DNA from: Octopus sinensis
Lineage: Eukaryota
Reading direction: 5' to 3'
DNA length: 64,000 nucleotides
Assembly: GCF_006345805.1 (NCBI RefSeq)
Contig: NC_042999.1
Span: forward strand, 167,896,001-167,960,000
Positions 13,862 to 26,029 of this stretch are shown here, one piece after another. The translations under genes were made by a program, and so were the position numbers. The notes beneath the pieces were generated by a model, which ran no database searches, was not told where the DNA came from, and worked only from the letters and a program-made list of their open reading frames with translations. Every line of letters starts with the position of its first letter. Positions within the stretch are counted from its first letter, which is position 1.

Positions 13862-14148
13862 AAACCACTATACGCCAGGCTCAAGCCCCAGTCTCTTACC
13901 TTTCTTAGGCTGTAAAGTGGGAAATGATAGCTAAGGCATAGATTTGCCACAATCAAGACTTATCGTTAACTCTTTTGATGCTAAGCTGTCTGAAAACCCA
14001 TCATTGGTTCTACAATGTAACTTTTTTTAACATGTTCAAAATTAAAACCTTCCATCAAAAATTCATGTTGATTTACATTCAAAACACGAGCTTAATCATG
14101 TAAAAGTTTTTGTAAGTTATCCATTATTTTAAAATTAATTGAAACATA

Positions 14149-14530
14149 GGCGCAGGAGTGGCTGTGTGGTAAGTAGCTTGTTTACCAGCCACATGGTTCC
14201 AGGTTCAGTCCCACTGCGTGGCATCTTGGGCAAGTGTCTTCTACAAAGCCTTGTGAGTGGATTTGGTAGACGGAAACTGAAAGAAGCCTGTCAGATATAT
14301 GTCTATATATTTGTATGTGTGTGTATATTTGTGTGTCTGTGTTTGTCCCCCTAGCATTGCTTGACAACCGATGCTGGTGTGTTTATGTCCCCGTCACTTA
14401 GCGGTTCGGCAAAAGAAACTGATAGAATAAGTACTGGGCTTACAAAGAATAAGTCCCGGGGTCGAGTTGCTCGATTAAAGGCGGTGCTCCAGTATGGCCG
14501 TAGTCAAATGACTGAAACAAGTAAAAGAGT
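14149..14530 (+). mobile_element. SINE A with short internal deletion
   Basis: tcttctac|aaagcc deletion of ~20 bp relative to other copies. Confidence 0.9.
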
Positions 14531-15142
14531 ATAGGCAATGTATTTCTATAGCAATGTGGTAACAGAAGGGTTGAAGGTGTTCTAGCCATGGCCATATCAT
14601 TTAGTGGCGTACATTGTCTGATATATCTTTATTAAGATCACACGGGATGAAGTGAGGGAGATTTAGCTGTTATTTCTAGCAAGTCATATGACTTATACAG
14701 CCTGCCTTATTTAATTCAAGAGGCAAACTTGTTGCCCAGTAGCACAATAATTTAATCTTGTCTACTAACAAAGGATTATTTTATATTTCCCTGGGGGTAT
14801 GATGTCAAAGTCAATATTTATATTGATTTGATCAATAGGCTATCAAATTTATTATAATAAAGAACTTTAATTCTTATTTTCTCAGAAATCACTATTATCA
14901 TCTTAAATTTTACACCATAATAAATGTAACAAAATATATCATTTATAGATATATTAATAGAAGTATACTATTCTTTAAGCATTCAGTTGCATAATCTTTA
15001 AAATAATGTGTGTGTATTTACAGATATATGTATATATGTTGCTTAATGCTGAATGAATTTATATATATATACGCACACACACACACACATATACATACAT
15101 ATAGCTATATATATATATAGCTATATATATATATGTGCACAC

Positions 15143-15187
<45 letters not shown>

Positions 15188-15609
15188 ACTCACATATATA
15201 TATATAGCTATTTTGAGTATACAGAGAACTTTGAGAATATGTGAATAAATTGAATTTTATCAGTTGAAACTTTCCCTGTGATCGTGTTCAGTTAGGCATA
15301 ATCTATAACAGCGTTTCTCAGCCTTATCATTTTGGGTCCCCTGTTTTGTTCGGAGCCTCCAGCTGTATGAACATTTCCTGACCCCCACTGCCCCTTGTCA
15401 GAAAACAGCTTCAGGAGTTGTGAAGAACGAATTTGTACGTAGTCTGTTTCTGAGGGCTATTCTATTGGACCTCTGTCTAATCATTAAAACATTGATCTAA
15501 TTATGAACATAAAAAGAAATTATACATTAATCCCTGTTTTTGTAAGCAGTTGTATCCATAAAAATTTTTATTTGCAGAGAGCAGAAATTGAAAGAAGATA
15601 TATGAAATG

Positions 15610-15654
<45 letters not shown>

Positions 15655-16121
15655 AAGCATGTGTGCTTGCACATGTGTATGTCAGAGAGAAAGAGGGTGA
15701 AAAAGAGAGATAGAGTGAGTGAGTGAAGGTGTGTATCATGATGATTGACATCTTTTAAGGTACACACACATACATAAAAAATGTGAGATAAAATTTTTAC
15801 GACAGTTGATTTATGGAAAAGATTATGTTAATTTTTGAAATGCAAATATGTGAATGAAAATTGAGTTCAGACCTCTACATGGTAAGTAGACCTAGTAGAA
15901 ACAGCAACCAAATCACCCTCAAGACACCCAACTGTCTTAATCCGACAATTCTGCCTATTATGTAGTTTGAATAAGAAGCTGTAACTAAAGATTAAGATTA
16001 TTAACCCCACAAAAAGGTGAAAGAAGAGAGACAGCATAGCGAAAGTTTTGGTTGACTGTCATCCTCTACTCCCCTTGTTGCTAGTGAAATGGTATATATA
16101 AGCAACTGGTTGTTTTAATAG

Positions 16122-16170
16122 CGGAACAAACAGGGGAATTCCATTAGAAAAGTTTTAATCGATTTTCTCG
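16122..16170 (+). CDS. Candidate 49-nt internal exon (RNKQGNSIRKVLIDFL), unknown host gene
   Basis: gttgttttaatag acceptor, TCG|gtaagt donor, one open frame, non-repetitive context; no homology recognised. Confidence 0.25.
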
Positions 16171-16489
16171 GTAAGTATGGGGGCTAGGACAAAAATACAA
16201 AGCACATTCCAATCTATGCACTCATCTCCATATGTGTACCATTTTTCATGCAAATCCACCCAGCCATTTGGCTGTGAATCTCAAGACAAGAAAGAATACA
16301 ACGATCGCCCATGTCCAATTTATATGTTCAAATATGATGATCCTTTCTATTACAACTTAAAGTTTCTTGTTTGTATATGTGCATAATACAAGCACATATA
16401 TATTATATTACTATCAGTAATATATATATATATGCAAATGGACTGAACTCAAAACCATATATAGATATATAAATATATATAAATCCAAA

Positions 16490-16880
16490 AAGCAGAACAA
16501 GAATGTAACAGACGACAATGAAAACATACGGACAGATAGACAATACAAAGACGGACAGGAAAAGCTGACAGAACATTTATTGCTTTCTATTTGTCAGTCA
16601 CGCTTCCAATTATCACTACAGTTTCAGCCTGTTACACTTGAGACCATTCAAAATTGGTAAACCCCAAAAATCTAAGGTAAGGGCATTAAATTTTTAGAAG
16701 AAAGCAGGTGAATATGTGCAACAACAAAGACCAAAAAAAGAAAAGGAAACGAGAAAACAGAGAAAATGATTACAAATACAAAGAACAAGAATAACAATAG
16801 GTATCTTTCAAGTGAAAGGAGAAGTTAGGTCAAGCCTTAGGACAAGTGGAAGGCAACAAACATAGATGGAAGTCAGGAGA
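16490..16880 (-). mobile_element. Probable Penelope-like terminal fragment (decayed)
   Basis: Pyrimidine-rich minus strand, decayed hammerhead-like motif at 16606-16657, ends in (TA)n like the other PLE-type ends. Confidence 0.4.
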
Positions 16881-17319
16881 CAGGAAAATAAGGTGTTGTG
16901 TGAGCGGTGGTCAAGCCAAGAAAGATCATGCACCGGTCACGTGGGAGGAACAGAGAGAGGTAGGGAGTAGATGGATTGAAGAATTAGGGAAGGAACTAGA
17001 GAGAGAGGGGGAAGGTATACGCACACACACATACTCGTGTTTGTGTGTGTGTGTATTTATTATATTTCCAGTGGCATTGTTTATTGTTTTATTAATCATA
17101 TTTATGTACAAACAAAATTGTAAATAACATATTTTTCAAGATGCCCATCCATTAGTATGGATTTTCTAAAGCCTTAACTTATATTTTAAAAACTCTACAG
17201 TACACCTACATACTTCTTGTAACATACCAATTCAGTAATCTACCTTTATTATTTACATGCTTGAATACACACACACACACACACATACACACACACACCA
17301 CACACACACCACACACACA

Positions 17320-17505
17320 CAAGGGTGTGCTGAAAAGTTTTGGGCTTCAAAGGTATCATGAAAGGCCTGGTTGGAGGTCTAACCTTCTGAGATCTTTTAC
17401 AGAGCTTAGAAAAATGAAGAACTGATGCAGTAAGTGTGTGAATTTGAGAGGGGAATATGTTGAATAAAGTCATAATTGACCGAAAAGCAAGGAACTTTTC
17501 AACAC
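17320..17505 (+). mobile_element. mariner-derived MITE
   Basis: TIR-like caagggtgtgctgaaaagtt...aacttttcaacac; internal remnant of transposase C-terminus (CSKCVNLRGEYVE*). Confidence 0.75.
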
Positions 17506-17730
17506 TTACACCAATATATATTACTACATATTACTGATATATATTACTATATTTTACTGATAGTAATACAATATATATTTTACTCATGTTTTTCTATAAT
17601 TTTCCATGCTAACACATGTTTGTTAGAGAGGCCTGTTGTCTTTTCATATGTCTATGTATTAAGTGAAGAAGCAAGTTTGTGTGAGAAAAAAGTGATAGAG
17701 AGAGAGAAATGGATGAATATTATTAGCATT

Positions 17731-18103
17731 TGTGTGGTAAGTAACTTGTTTACCAACCACATGGTTCCGGGTTCAGTCCCACTGCGTGGCACTTTGGGCA
17801 AGTGTCTTCTGCTATAGCCCAGGCCAACCAATGCCTTGTGAGTGGATTTGGTAGACGGAAACTGAAGGAAGTCGTCGTATATATGAATATATATATATGC
17901 GTGTGTCTGTGTTTGTCCCCCTAACATTGCTTGACAACCGATGCTGGTGTGTTTATGTCCCCGTTACTTAGCGATTCGGCAAAAGAGACCGATAGAATAA
18001 GTACTGGGGTTACAAAAGAATAAGTCCCGGGGTCGAGTTGCTTGATTAAAAGGCGGTGCTCCAGCATGGTCGCAGTCAAATGACTGAAACAAGTAAAAGA
18101 GTA
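17731..18103 (+). mobile_element. SINE A, 5'-truncated
   Basis: Aligns from tgtgtggtaag to the tail. Confidence 0.9.
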
Positions 18104-18949
18104 TTTAAAAAGTAAATACCTCTTGTTTTTAGATTGGATAAATAAATATGTCCTTAAAGTTACCACAATGGAATGGTCTAGTGATAGAATTCCAAGACTT
18201 ATTATTAAAGCTTATTTTCATGGATCTGATACCACACAGTGTAGAGTTAGCTAAAGAATAGGGGAAATAAATGACCATTTACGGGAAATTGTAGTTGATA
18301 TATAAATGCTTTTTAGCAAGATCAAAAATCAGAGGAAAGAGATGTAGATGATTTAACTGGTTCTTATTTTATCACCCGAGAAGGAAGAAAAGCAAAGTTG
18401 ACTTCACCTGGAATTAAACTCAGAACATAAAAGACATAATTACGCTGTGTTGTAGTAAGAGTTCTTGTTGCCAGAAGGTAAGGACAATTTTAGCTCCCCA
18501 CCTTAATTAACAGGTACAATGAGTATGAGAAAAATTTTCACTCCTTTATACGCCTACACCCTGGAGTGACTGCTCCTTCTTTGCCTCCCACCCTGTGTTA
18601 CACCCTGTAATTATATACTGCAAGGTATTTTGTCCAAAGTTCTACCAATTCTGACATTTATTGTCCTATTGTATAATTATTACTAGTTTTGGCTTGTGCT
18701 TTAATGATCTTGAAAACTTAATGAATACAGAACTTACTGTAAAATTGTAAAAAATAAATCCATAATTGTAAAGAGTAACTTGATATATCAGATTAATATA
18801 TATATAAACACACACACACACACATACACACACACATACACACACACACACACACATATATATATATTAGCGGTGGTGCCCCAGCATGGCCACAGCCTTC
18901 AGGCTGAAACATTTTTAAGGATGTGAGTTCAGCAAAAGTTTAGATTCAG

Positions 18950-19364
18950 ATGAATATGGTACCTAAGTTGAGGCACCAGAATTTAGTACAGTATTATCTA
19001 TACAATTTCAAAATAAGGTGATTAGAATCAAAATAAGCAACAAGGATACCCAGAGGTAATGCAGTACGATCGTTTCACACAACTCCATTTAATTGAACAA
19101 TGAAACCATTACATCAATTTAAATGATGCCTTCCAGAAGTGAAGGCAGCATGTTCTTTATCTATTTCCTAAACTTCTTGGAGATTTTAGGTAAAATTATA
19201 AAAATGTGTCCATCTGTTCTAATTTTATTAAATTCTATGTCTTTGTGCAGCTGAGGATTACTATGCATTTAAATTGATGTAATGGTTGCATTGTTCAATT
19301 AAATGGAGTTGCGGGAAACAATCGTACTGCATTACCTCTTGATATCCTTGCTGCTTATTTTGAT
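18950..19364. mobile_element. Penelope-type terminal repeat present as an inverted pair (19027-19125 / 19266-19364)
   Basis: 99-bp arms with 7 mismatches; right arm is part of a hammerhead motif. Confidence 0.7.
19245..19332 (+). ncRNA. Type I hammerhead ribozyme motif, intact core (HHR-19)
   Basis: GUGCAG-CUGAGGA-[57-nt stem II]-GAAAC-AAUC-GUA/CUGCAU; stem I 6 bp; predicted cleavage after 19326. Confidence 0.75.
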
Positions 19365-19382
19365 ACATACATATATATATAT

Positions 19383-19758
19383 ACTAGCAGTATCGCCTGG
19401 CATTGCTTGGATATTTGTTTCGACCCTTTAGAATTGGAATTTTTGAAAAGTAAAAATTTTGCATTATGTACCTTGTTATTCTCTTTAAGTGAACATTTTT
19501 CTGGTTGAAATACACCGAAAATGGCGACACAGCAGTCAAAAAATCGTAAAAGATAGGTATTTTCATAGAAAAAAGCACCTTTTTGATGTAAATAATTTTT
19601 GGTCTTAACAAGGTCCAATTTGAATTTTATCTTCTACGGAAGGAAGAGCAAGCCTTCTTCTATCATACTCTCAATTTTGGTCAACTTGCACCACAGGGTC
19701 TTGGAGGAGATAGTGTTAGTTGAAGGCTACCAAACCTGCCATACACAGACAACTTCAG

Positions 19759-19775
<17 letters not shown>
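19383..19775 (-). mobile_element. Non-autonomous Helitron
   Basis: Minus-strand 3' end cccaagcaatgccaggcgatactgCTAG|T (hairpin + CTAG), same terminus as 21531-21927; 5' tatataaagctgaagttg. Confidence 0.75.
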
Positions 19776-19808
<33 letters not shown>

Positions 19809-19811
<3 letters not shown>

Positions 19812-20256
19812 TGGCTGTATGGTAAGTAGCTTGCTTACCAACCACATAGTTCCAGGTTCAGTCTCACTGCGTGGCACCTTGGGCAAGTGTCTTCTACTGT
19901 CGCCTCAAGCCGACCAAATCCTTGCGGATGGATTTGGTAGACGGAAACTGAAAGAATCCTGTCATATATATATATATATATATGTACCAACCTATGCTAG
20001 CATGGAAAACGGACGCTAAACGATGATGATGATGATGATGATGATGATGTATGTGTGTGTGTCTGTTTATCCCCCCACTATCGCTTGACAACCGATATTG
20101 GTGTGTTTATGTCCTTGTAACTTAGCAGTTCGGCAAAAGATACTAATAGAATAAGTACTAGGCTTACAAAGAATAAATCCTGGGGTTGATTTGTTTGACT
20201 AAAAGGTAGTGCTCCAGCATGGTCGCAGTCAAAATGACTGAAACAAATACAAGAAT
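19809..20256 (+). mobile_element. Older SINE A with a ~65-bp RTE 3' end inserted in its central microsatellite
   Basis: ccaacctatgctagcatggaaaacggacgctaaac(gat)n at ~19985-20049 lies between the SINE's left and right halves. Confidence 0.8.
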
Positions 20257-21354
20257 GTATATATATACAGGTAATTAGTACTAGCGTCAAATTCAGAAAT
20301 TATTGTTTTCTTAATGATGTATGTTGTAAAGATTCAATTTATTCTAATAATGTATTTATATTTAATCCCCTGGATGTAAGTAGCTAAGTATTCCATAAAT
20401 ATGAATTTGTGTAAATAAGAAATAGCTTCTTTGTTTTTTCTGAAGACACAATTATGCTTAAGTTTTACCCTGTTGATACCAAGTCACCTGAGACTGACCC
20501 TGGTTTGATGACACAAACTCGTGTTCTAAATTAAAATCTTCCATCAGAATTTCATGTTAACTTGTTTCAAAGACCAGCTTAATAATGATAGTTATTTCAC
20601 TAATTCCTTCATAATTTTAAAAATTATTTGCAACAAAGGTTGTGTATTTTAACAGAAACATGGCAACAAAAGGGATTTTTTTTATTAAAGATTTTTCTTA
20701 TTTCTTTGTTGGGCCTTTATATTTGGTTTGCAACAATAGTGTTCCTAAGTCTATGAACATTTCAAGATATTCTCAACTTTGTTATCTGAATGAAATGATG
20801 ACAACAGTTGTGTGTTGCTTGGGTTTTGCAGTTGGTCACAAAGCATCATATGCAGGAGTAATACTACATCTGACAAAATCATCATTATGAGATTTAGTAT
20901 TGTTCAACAGTTGACTCCTGTTATATTTTCTGGTTTATTTTACATGTATATGTGCATTGATTTTTGGCTTATAATTTTACTCGCAATAAAGTTCCCAAAG
21001 ATAATCTCATTTTTTTGTGAAAGTCTGTATAAGATAGTAGTGCTTTCAACTAATGGGCTTTTTTGTTTCATTCAGTGTATATTGCAATGGCTCCTTATTG
21101 CAAATACAGGATTAGTTAATGAGAAAGTGTCATACTTGTGAATCCAGTGTTTGCATAATAAAGCTTACAACTTACATGTTTACATTGAACTTTGTATATT
21201 ACATAGATTGCCTGAAGTACGTTCTGTGGTATTTACAAGCTTCTGTAGTTTCATTTTGATAAGAATTTAAAAAAAATTTTGTAATGTATTCTAACTATTT
21301 GTGGTTAGATGTGATACATGTTGTGCTCTGGTTTATGAGTTTTTAATGAGCCAT

Positions 21355-21490
21355 CAAGGGCATCCAGCTGTAGAAACACTGCCAGATCAGACTGGGCCTG
21401 GTGCAGCCTTCTGGCTTCCCAGACCCCAGTTGAACCGTCCAACCCATGCTAGCATGGAAAGCGGACATTAAACGATGATGATGATGATGA

Positions 21491-21494
<4 letters not shown>
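21355..21494 (+). mobile_element. RTE LINE 3' end (short truncated copy)
   Basis: aagggcatccagc...cccatgctagcatggaaagcggacattaaac(gat)n, as at 46112-46250. Confidence 0.85.
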
Positions 21495-21530
<36 letters not shown>

Positions 21531-21531
<1 letters not shown>

Positions 21532-21927
21532 CTTTATATATAAAAGTAAGGTTGTGTGCTGTCTGTCTCCTACGATTTAGATTCCTAACTACTCCCACAT
21601 TTTGTGGTGCAGTTTAACCAAAACCGAGTATCTTATAGTTGTGATTCATATCGAGACCGTCTGGGTATTAGCGCGCGTCTACGATGAGTCTACAATTTTA
21701 AAAAAACTTTACCATCAATTTTTCCCATTTTTAATGCATTTTTGGCATATATAAGGGAAGTAACTCTCTAAAAATTTATTATTAAATCTCAGAACGTAAA
21801 AAGCTACAGTAACACCCCCCCCTTTGTGGTTAGCCATATTGAGATGGCTATTATACTTTACATTTCTAAAAATGTTTATATAGTTATTTCCCTTACAAAC
21901 CCGAGCAACGCCGGGCGATACTGCTAG
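21531..21927 (+). mobile_element. Non-autonomous Helitron, complete
   Basis: 5' TC(tttatatataaaag), 3' cccgagcaacgccggg hairpin then CTAG|T. Confidence 0.85.
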
Positions 21928-22247
21928 TATATATAATAATGGGTAAAATCAATAATGATTTTACCAGGTAGCCAGTGCAAAAAATAAAAACCTTTAAAGT
22001 AAATTTTACAAATTATTTTATAATTATATACATAATTATAACAAGGTGAGACAGTAAGTAAAATTATTTTTACTTTGAGTTTGAAACGCATCTACAGTTA
22101 ACTAAGTTTGATTAATTATCTTTCTTTTACTTACCTACAATAAGTGTGTTATTCTCGAAGATTTTAAGGTAGTAAAAAAGACTTTAATGTCTATTTCTAG
22201 CAGCACGCGGTAATGCATTAAAGCTGACCCCTTGTTATAATTATATA

Positions 22248-22320
<73 letters not shown>

Positions 22321-23112
22321 TATATTGCCCTCAGGGGAGAGTGCATGGAGTGTGGGAGTATAAACTGGTTTTTATACACTCCAACTTTAATACAGTTTTC
22401 CAAATCCACTAGATTGTTCTAAAATCAGCAGAAAATTCAGTAAAATCCCAGTGCCCTATGAGTAAATTCCATACACTTGAGAAGACTCTAAGCTGGGAAT
22501 AAATAATTAAATTCAGTATGGGTTTTCATAACATTGGTTATAAGAATCAATTTCTCATTGCATAGTGGTATCAGTGTGTGAAAAAAACCATTGGAATATA
22601 AATACTTTACTTGAAAGAAACTAATATGGCAAGAAGGGCATCCAGCCACAGATTGCTGCCTCGTTAAGTCTCATCCAACTCATGCTAGCATGGGGGGAAA
22701 AAAATAACAGGTGTATAAATGATGATGATATGAATATGTATATATGTTTCCCATTTGTAATCAAATTTATAAATTACATTACTCATTTGTAGTTTATATA
22801 TGAGTGTACATGTGGTTTCTTATTAATTAAAAAGTTTTTGATGCCCTTGTTTTTGTAGTTAATTACGTGTGTTAATTTATTGTTCATTATAAAGTGTTTT
22901 GTTTTACAAGGTTTGTGATAACATGTTCATCTAATTAGTATGTATTTCATTCACACAATACCCTTTGTATGGTTTCTGTATCTATAATAGGTGCGGTGTT
23001 TAACGCATTCATTCCTATAGTGCTCTGTGGTTTGGTTTATTAGTTCATTAGAATATTAATTGTTGATTAGTGTTTTTTTTTTATTCTGAGTATTGTGGAT
23101 TTCTTTATCTAG

Positions 23113-23151
23113 TGTTTCACTTGTGGAGGAGAATGTAAATACTCCTTCCGA
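23113..23151 (+). CDS. Candidate 39-nt frame-preserving alternative exon (CFTCGGECKYSFR or xVSLVEENVNTPSx)
   Basis: T-rich acceptor tttctttatctag, CGA|gtaagg donor, length 3n, two open frames, three TGCATG motifs at 23223-23258. Confidence 0.4.
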
Positions 23152-23684
23152 GTAAGGATGTTACCAATCCCATTTTATATCTGTCAGCATTCATTGTTGC
23201 AATGTAAGTATAATCTTCTGCGTGCATGTGCATGTGAACATAAGTGTGTGAGTGCATGCACATATGCACGCATGGTATTACCCTTTTTACTTAAAAGTTA
23301 CACACATCACACTGTATTTCTAATTTCGGTGTTAATTCTCCAAGGATTCTGCACAACCAATAATAACCAAGTATGTCTCAGAAATGTCTATTTCCATTGT
23401 ATAGAGGTCTTTTTTTTTATGAAGGTGCATAGCCTAGTGCACTTCCTAGATTTGGTAGCACATTGTGTTCTTGAGCAAAACACTTCACTTCTCATTGCTC
23501 CAGTCCCCCTTTTAATTGGTGGGGAATGTTGCCCAGTCAGCAAGGGTGACATCATTTGAAGGCTAAAACAATGCAAATGCACATTGTGACCAGCAATGTG
23601 TAACAACATCTGATAGCCAGGTCAGTCACCTGATCACGTGTGAGTTCTTTTAGGGTTTCTTGGCACTATATTTAATGGTTAATA

Positions 23685-23738
<54 letters not shown>

Positions 23739-25585
23739 GAAGATGTTAACACTGGCAAGAAAACTGATAAGAGTTTTAGAATGAAATATTTGTTACACTA
23801 AAGTTGGATTGACAATCGCATGTCAATATTTTTTTTAAATGTTGATTAGCCAATTGGAATCTTGTAGCTTATGATACTGTTGTTCATAAGATGCTATATA
23901 AAATATAAAAAATAACCCCTATTAGGTAACTTCCTTCATTCTTCTTCCTAGTCATGTTGTCATCAATAAGGAGTAGATTCTAAAACTTGCCACTTTTGTC
24001 TTTTTTGTTTCTTTGAAAAAAAAATGTTTTTACTTTCATCCCTAATTAAAAGTTCATTACACTTTTAGTTAGGAGTTATTTCTTTCCATTGGATTTTAAC
24101 TATTTGCAAGCCTGGAAATTTGTCTTGTAATTAAGATTAATTTATTTTTTATATCTTCTCATCTACCCCAATTAAACATAGTACAACATTCAGTTTAATC
24201 TCTGTAATCCCATATAAATGCAATTTACTTTTAAATATTACTTTTAATTCTTGTACTTTGCCTTGACTGCATAATGATTTCATTAACGAGTTGTCTAACA
24301 TAGATTTCTTTTTAGAATGGATAAATTTGACTGGAATAAAAAGTGGTGGAGTTGTTTTCACTTTTCACCTACATAAATACTTTACAGATCTCTATATCTT
24401 TTCATTATTCAGCATTTATTTATCCATTTTATGTTTTACTGTATACATAGTGCAAACATGTGTAAACATTCAAACATTGTCACTATCTTTCTAAATCCTA
24501 CAGCATTTCACATAGAATCTTTGGTGCTCTGAAGTTGTTTTGATGTATAAGTTGACCTTCCTTTTTTGGGGTTGTAAATTTCAGTCTGAAAAATTCCAGT
24601 ATATGCCAGAAAATATAGTATTGATTTCATATTGCAATTTGTGAACAAGAGCATCATTGATTACAGATGTTCATTAATCTGATCATTGATTGATGTTTTT
24701 ATTTTTTTTCAATGACAAATATTGAGAATTGAAGCATCTGTAACCCACTGAACTTCATTTGTAAAAATACCAGTGTTCTTCACCGATGTTTACATCCTTT
24801 ACAGATATATAGCAAACAATATAAACATATATACATATGTATATAGAAGGCTTCTATACAGTTTCTAGCTATGGTTGAAGATACTTGCCCAAGATGTCAC
24901 ATAGTGAGGTTGAATCTAGAAGCATGTGGCTGCAAAGTTAATTTCATAACCATACAGCCATTATGGTTTAATTAATGTTTTATTTATGAGATGAGATGTT
25001 CTCTAAAGATCGATGGAACAGCATGTGAAGCCTACTAATGATATCTTTCAGAACTGAATTACATGATACTGTTCTTGGTTATAGACTTTTTATTTGTTAA
25101 ATTAAATTCATGGCCACATGTTAATGGAGTATGGGCTTCATTTAAACATTTCCTTTCTATTTGTTCTTCTTATCACTCAGCTTCTCTAACACCTACCTCT
25201 CTCTTTTTTGGACTATATAAATGGCTTAATTTTCACTTTTGCCACCAATGGTGCACTTCAAAATGTTTTCATAATGAACACAATATTTGGGATATCCTGT
25301 TCCTGTGACAGAAAGAGAAAGAGATTGCTTCAATTTGTAGAAAGCTATCAAAAAGAAATATTTTATAGGAATAATCCAAAAAAATGTTACTGAAGGAATA
25401 ATTATCTTTTTAGTGTTAATTTGATTCTTTAGATGAGTTATTTTTCAATGACTTATTTCAGCTTTGTATGCATTTGGTTACTTGATCTGAGATTGTGTGT
25501 TGAAACTGACCTAGTTACTTCATGGTAAAGTCATTTTAGCCATTTAAGAACACATGTACTGTTGTGTTAACTCTTCCTTTCTTAA

Positions 25586-26029
25586 CCCTTTAGCATTCAG
25601 ATTACACTGTCAAACGTAATGCTTATCTATTCACATTCTCTTATAGCTTCAAGATTTTGATGATACAAGGCTTCAGTTTTAGAATGGCATTGTAGGGTAG
25701 GTGTGAGAGGCTGGATCTAGCCAGTTTGAATATTAAATAAGTAAGGTGGCGAGCTGGCAGAAACGGTAGCATGCCAGGCAAAATGCGTAGCCGTATTTCG
25801 TCTGCCGTTATGTTCTGAGTTCAAAATCCGCTGAGGTTGACTTTGCCTTTCATCCTTTCAGGGTCGATAAATTAAGTACCAGTTATGCACTGGGGTCGAT
25901 GGAATCGACTTAATCCCTTTGTCTGTCCTTGTTTGTCCCCTCTATGTTTAGCCCCTTGTGGGTAGTAAAGAAATAAATATTAAATAAGTAAAATATTTGG
26001 ACCAGATGTCCTGTTTAAATGCTAAAGGG
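25586..26029. mobile_element. piggyBac-type MITE (TTAA-CCCTTT...AAAGGG) carrying a SINE B insertion
   Basis: TIR ccctttagcatt/aatgctaaaggg; SINE B at 25745-25975 flanked by 16-bp TSD aatattaaataagtaa. Confidence 0.8.

Noticed and set aside
22120-22145. Minus-strand AG|GTAAGT, recursive-splice-site-like
   Set aside because: Weak polypyrimidine tract; similar motifs occur on both strands at chance frequency.
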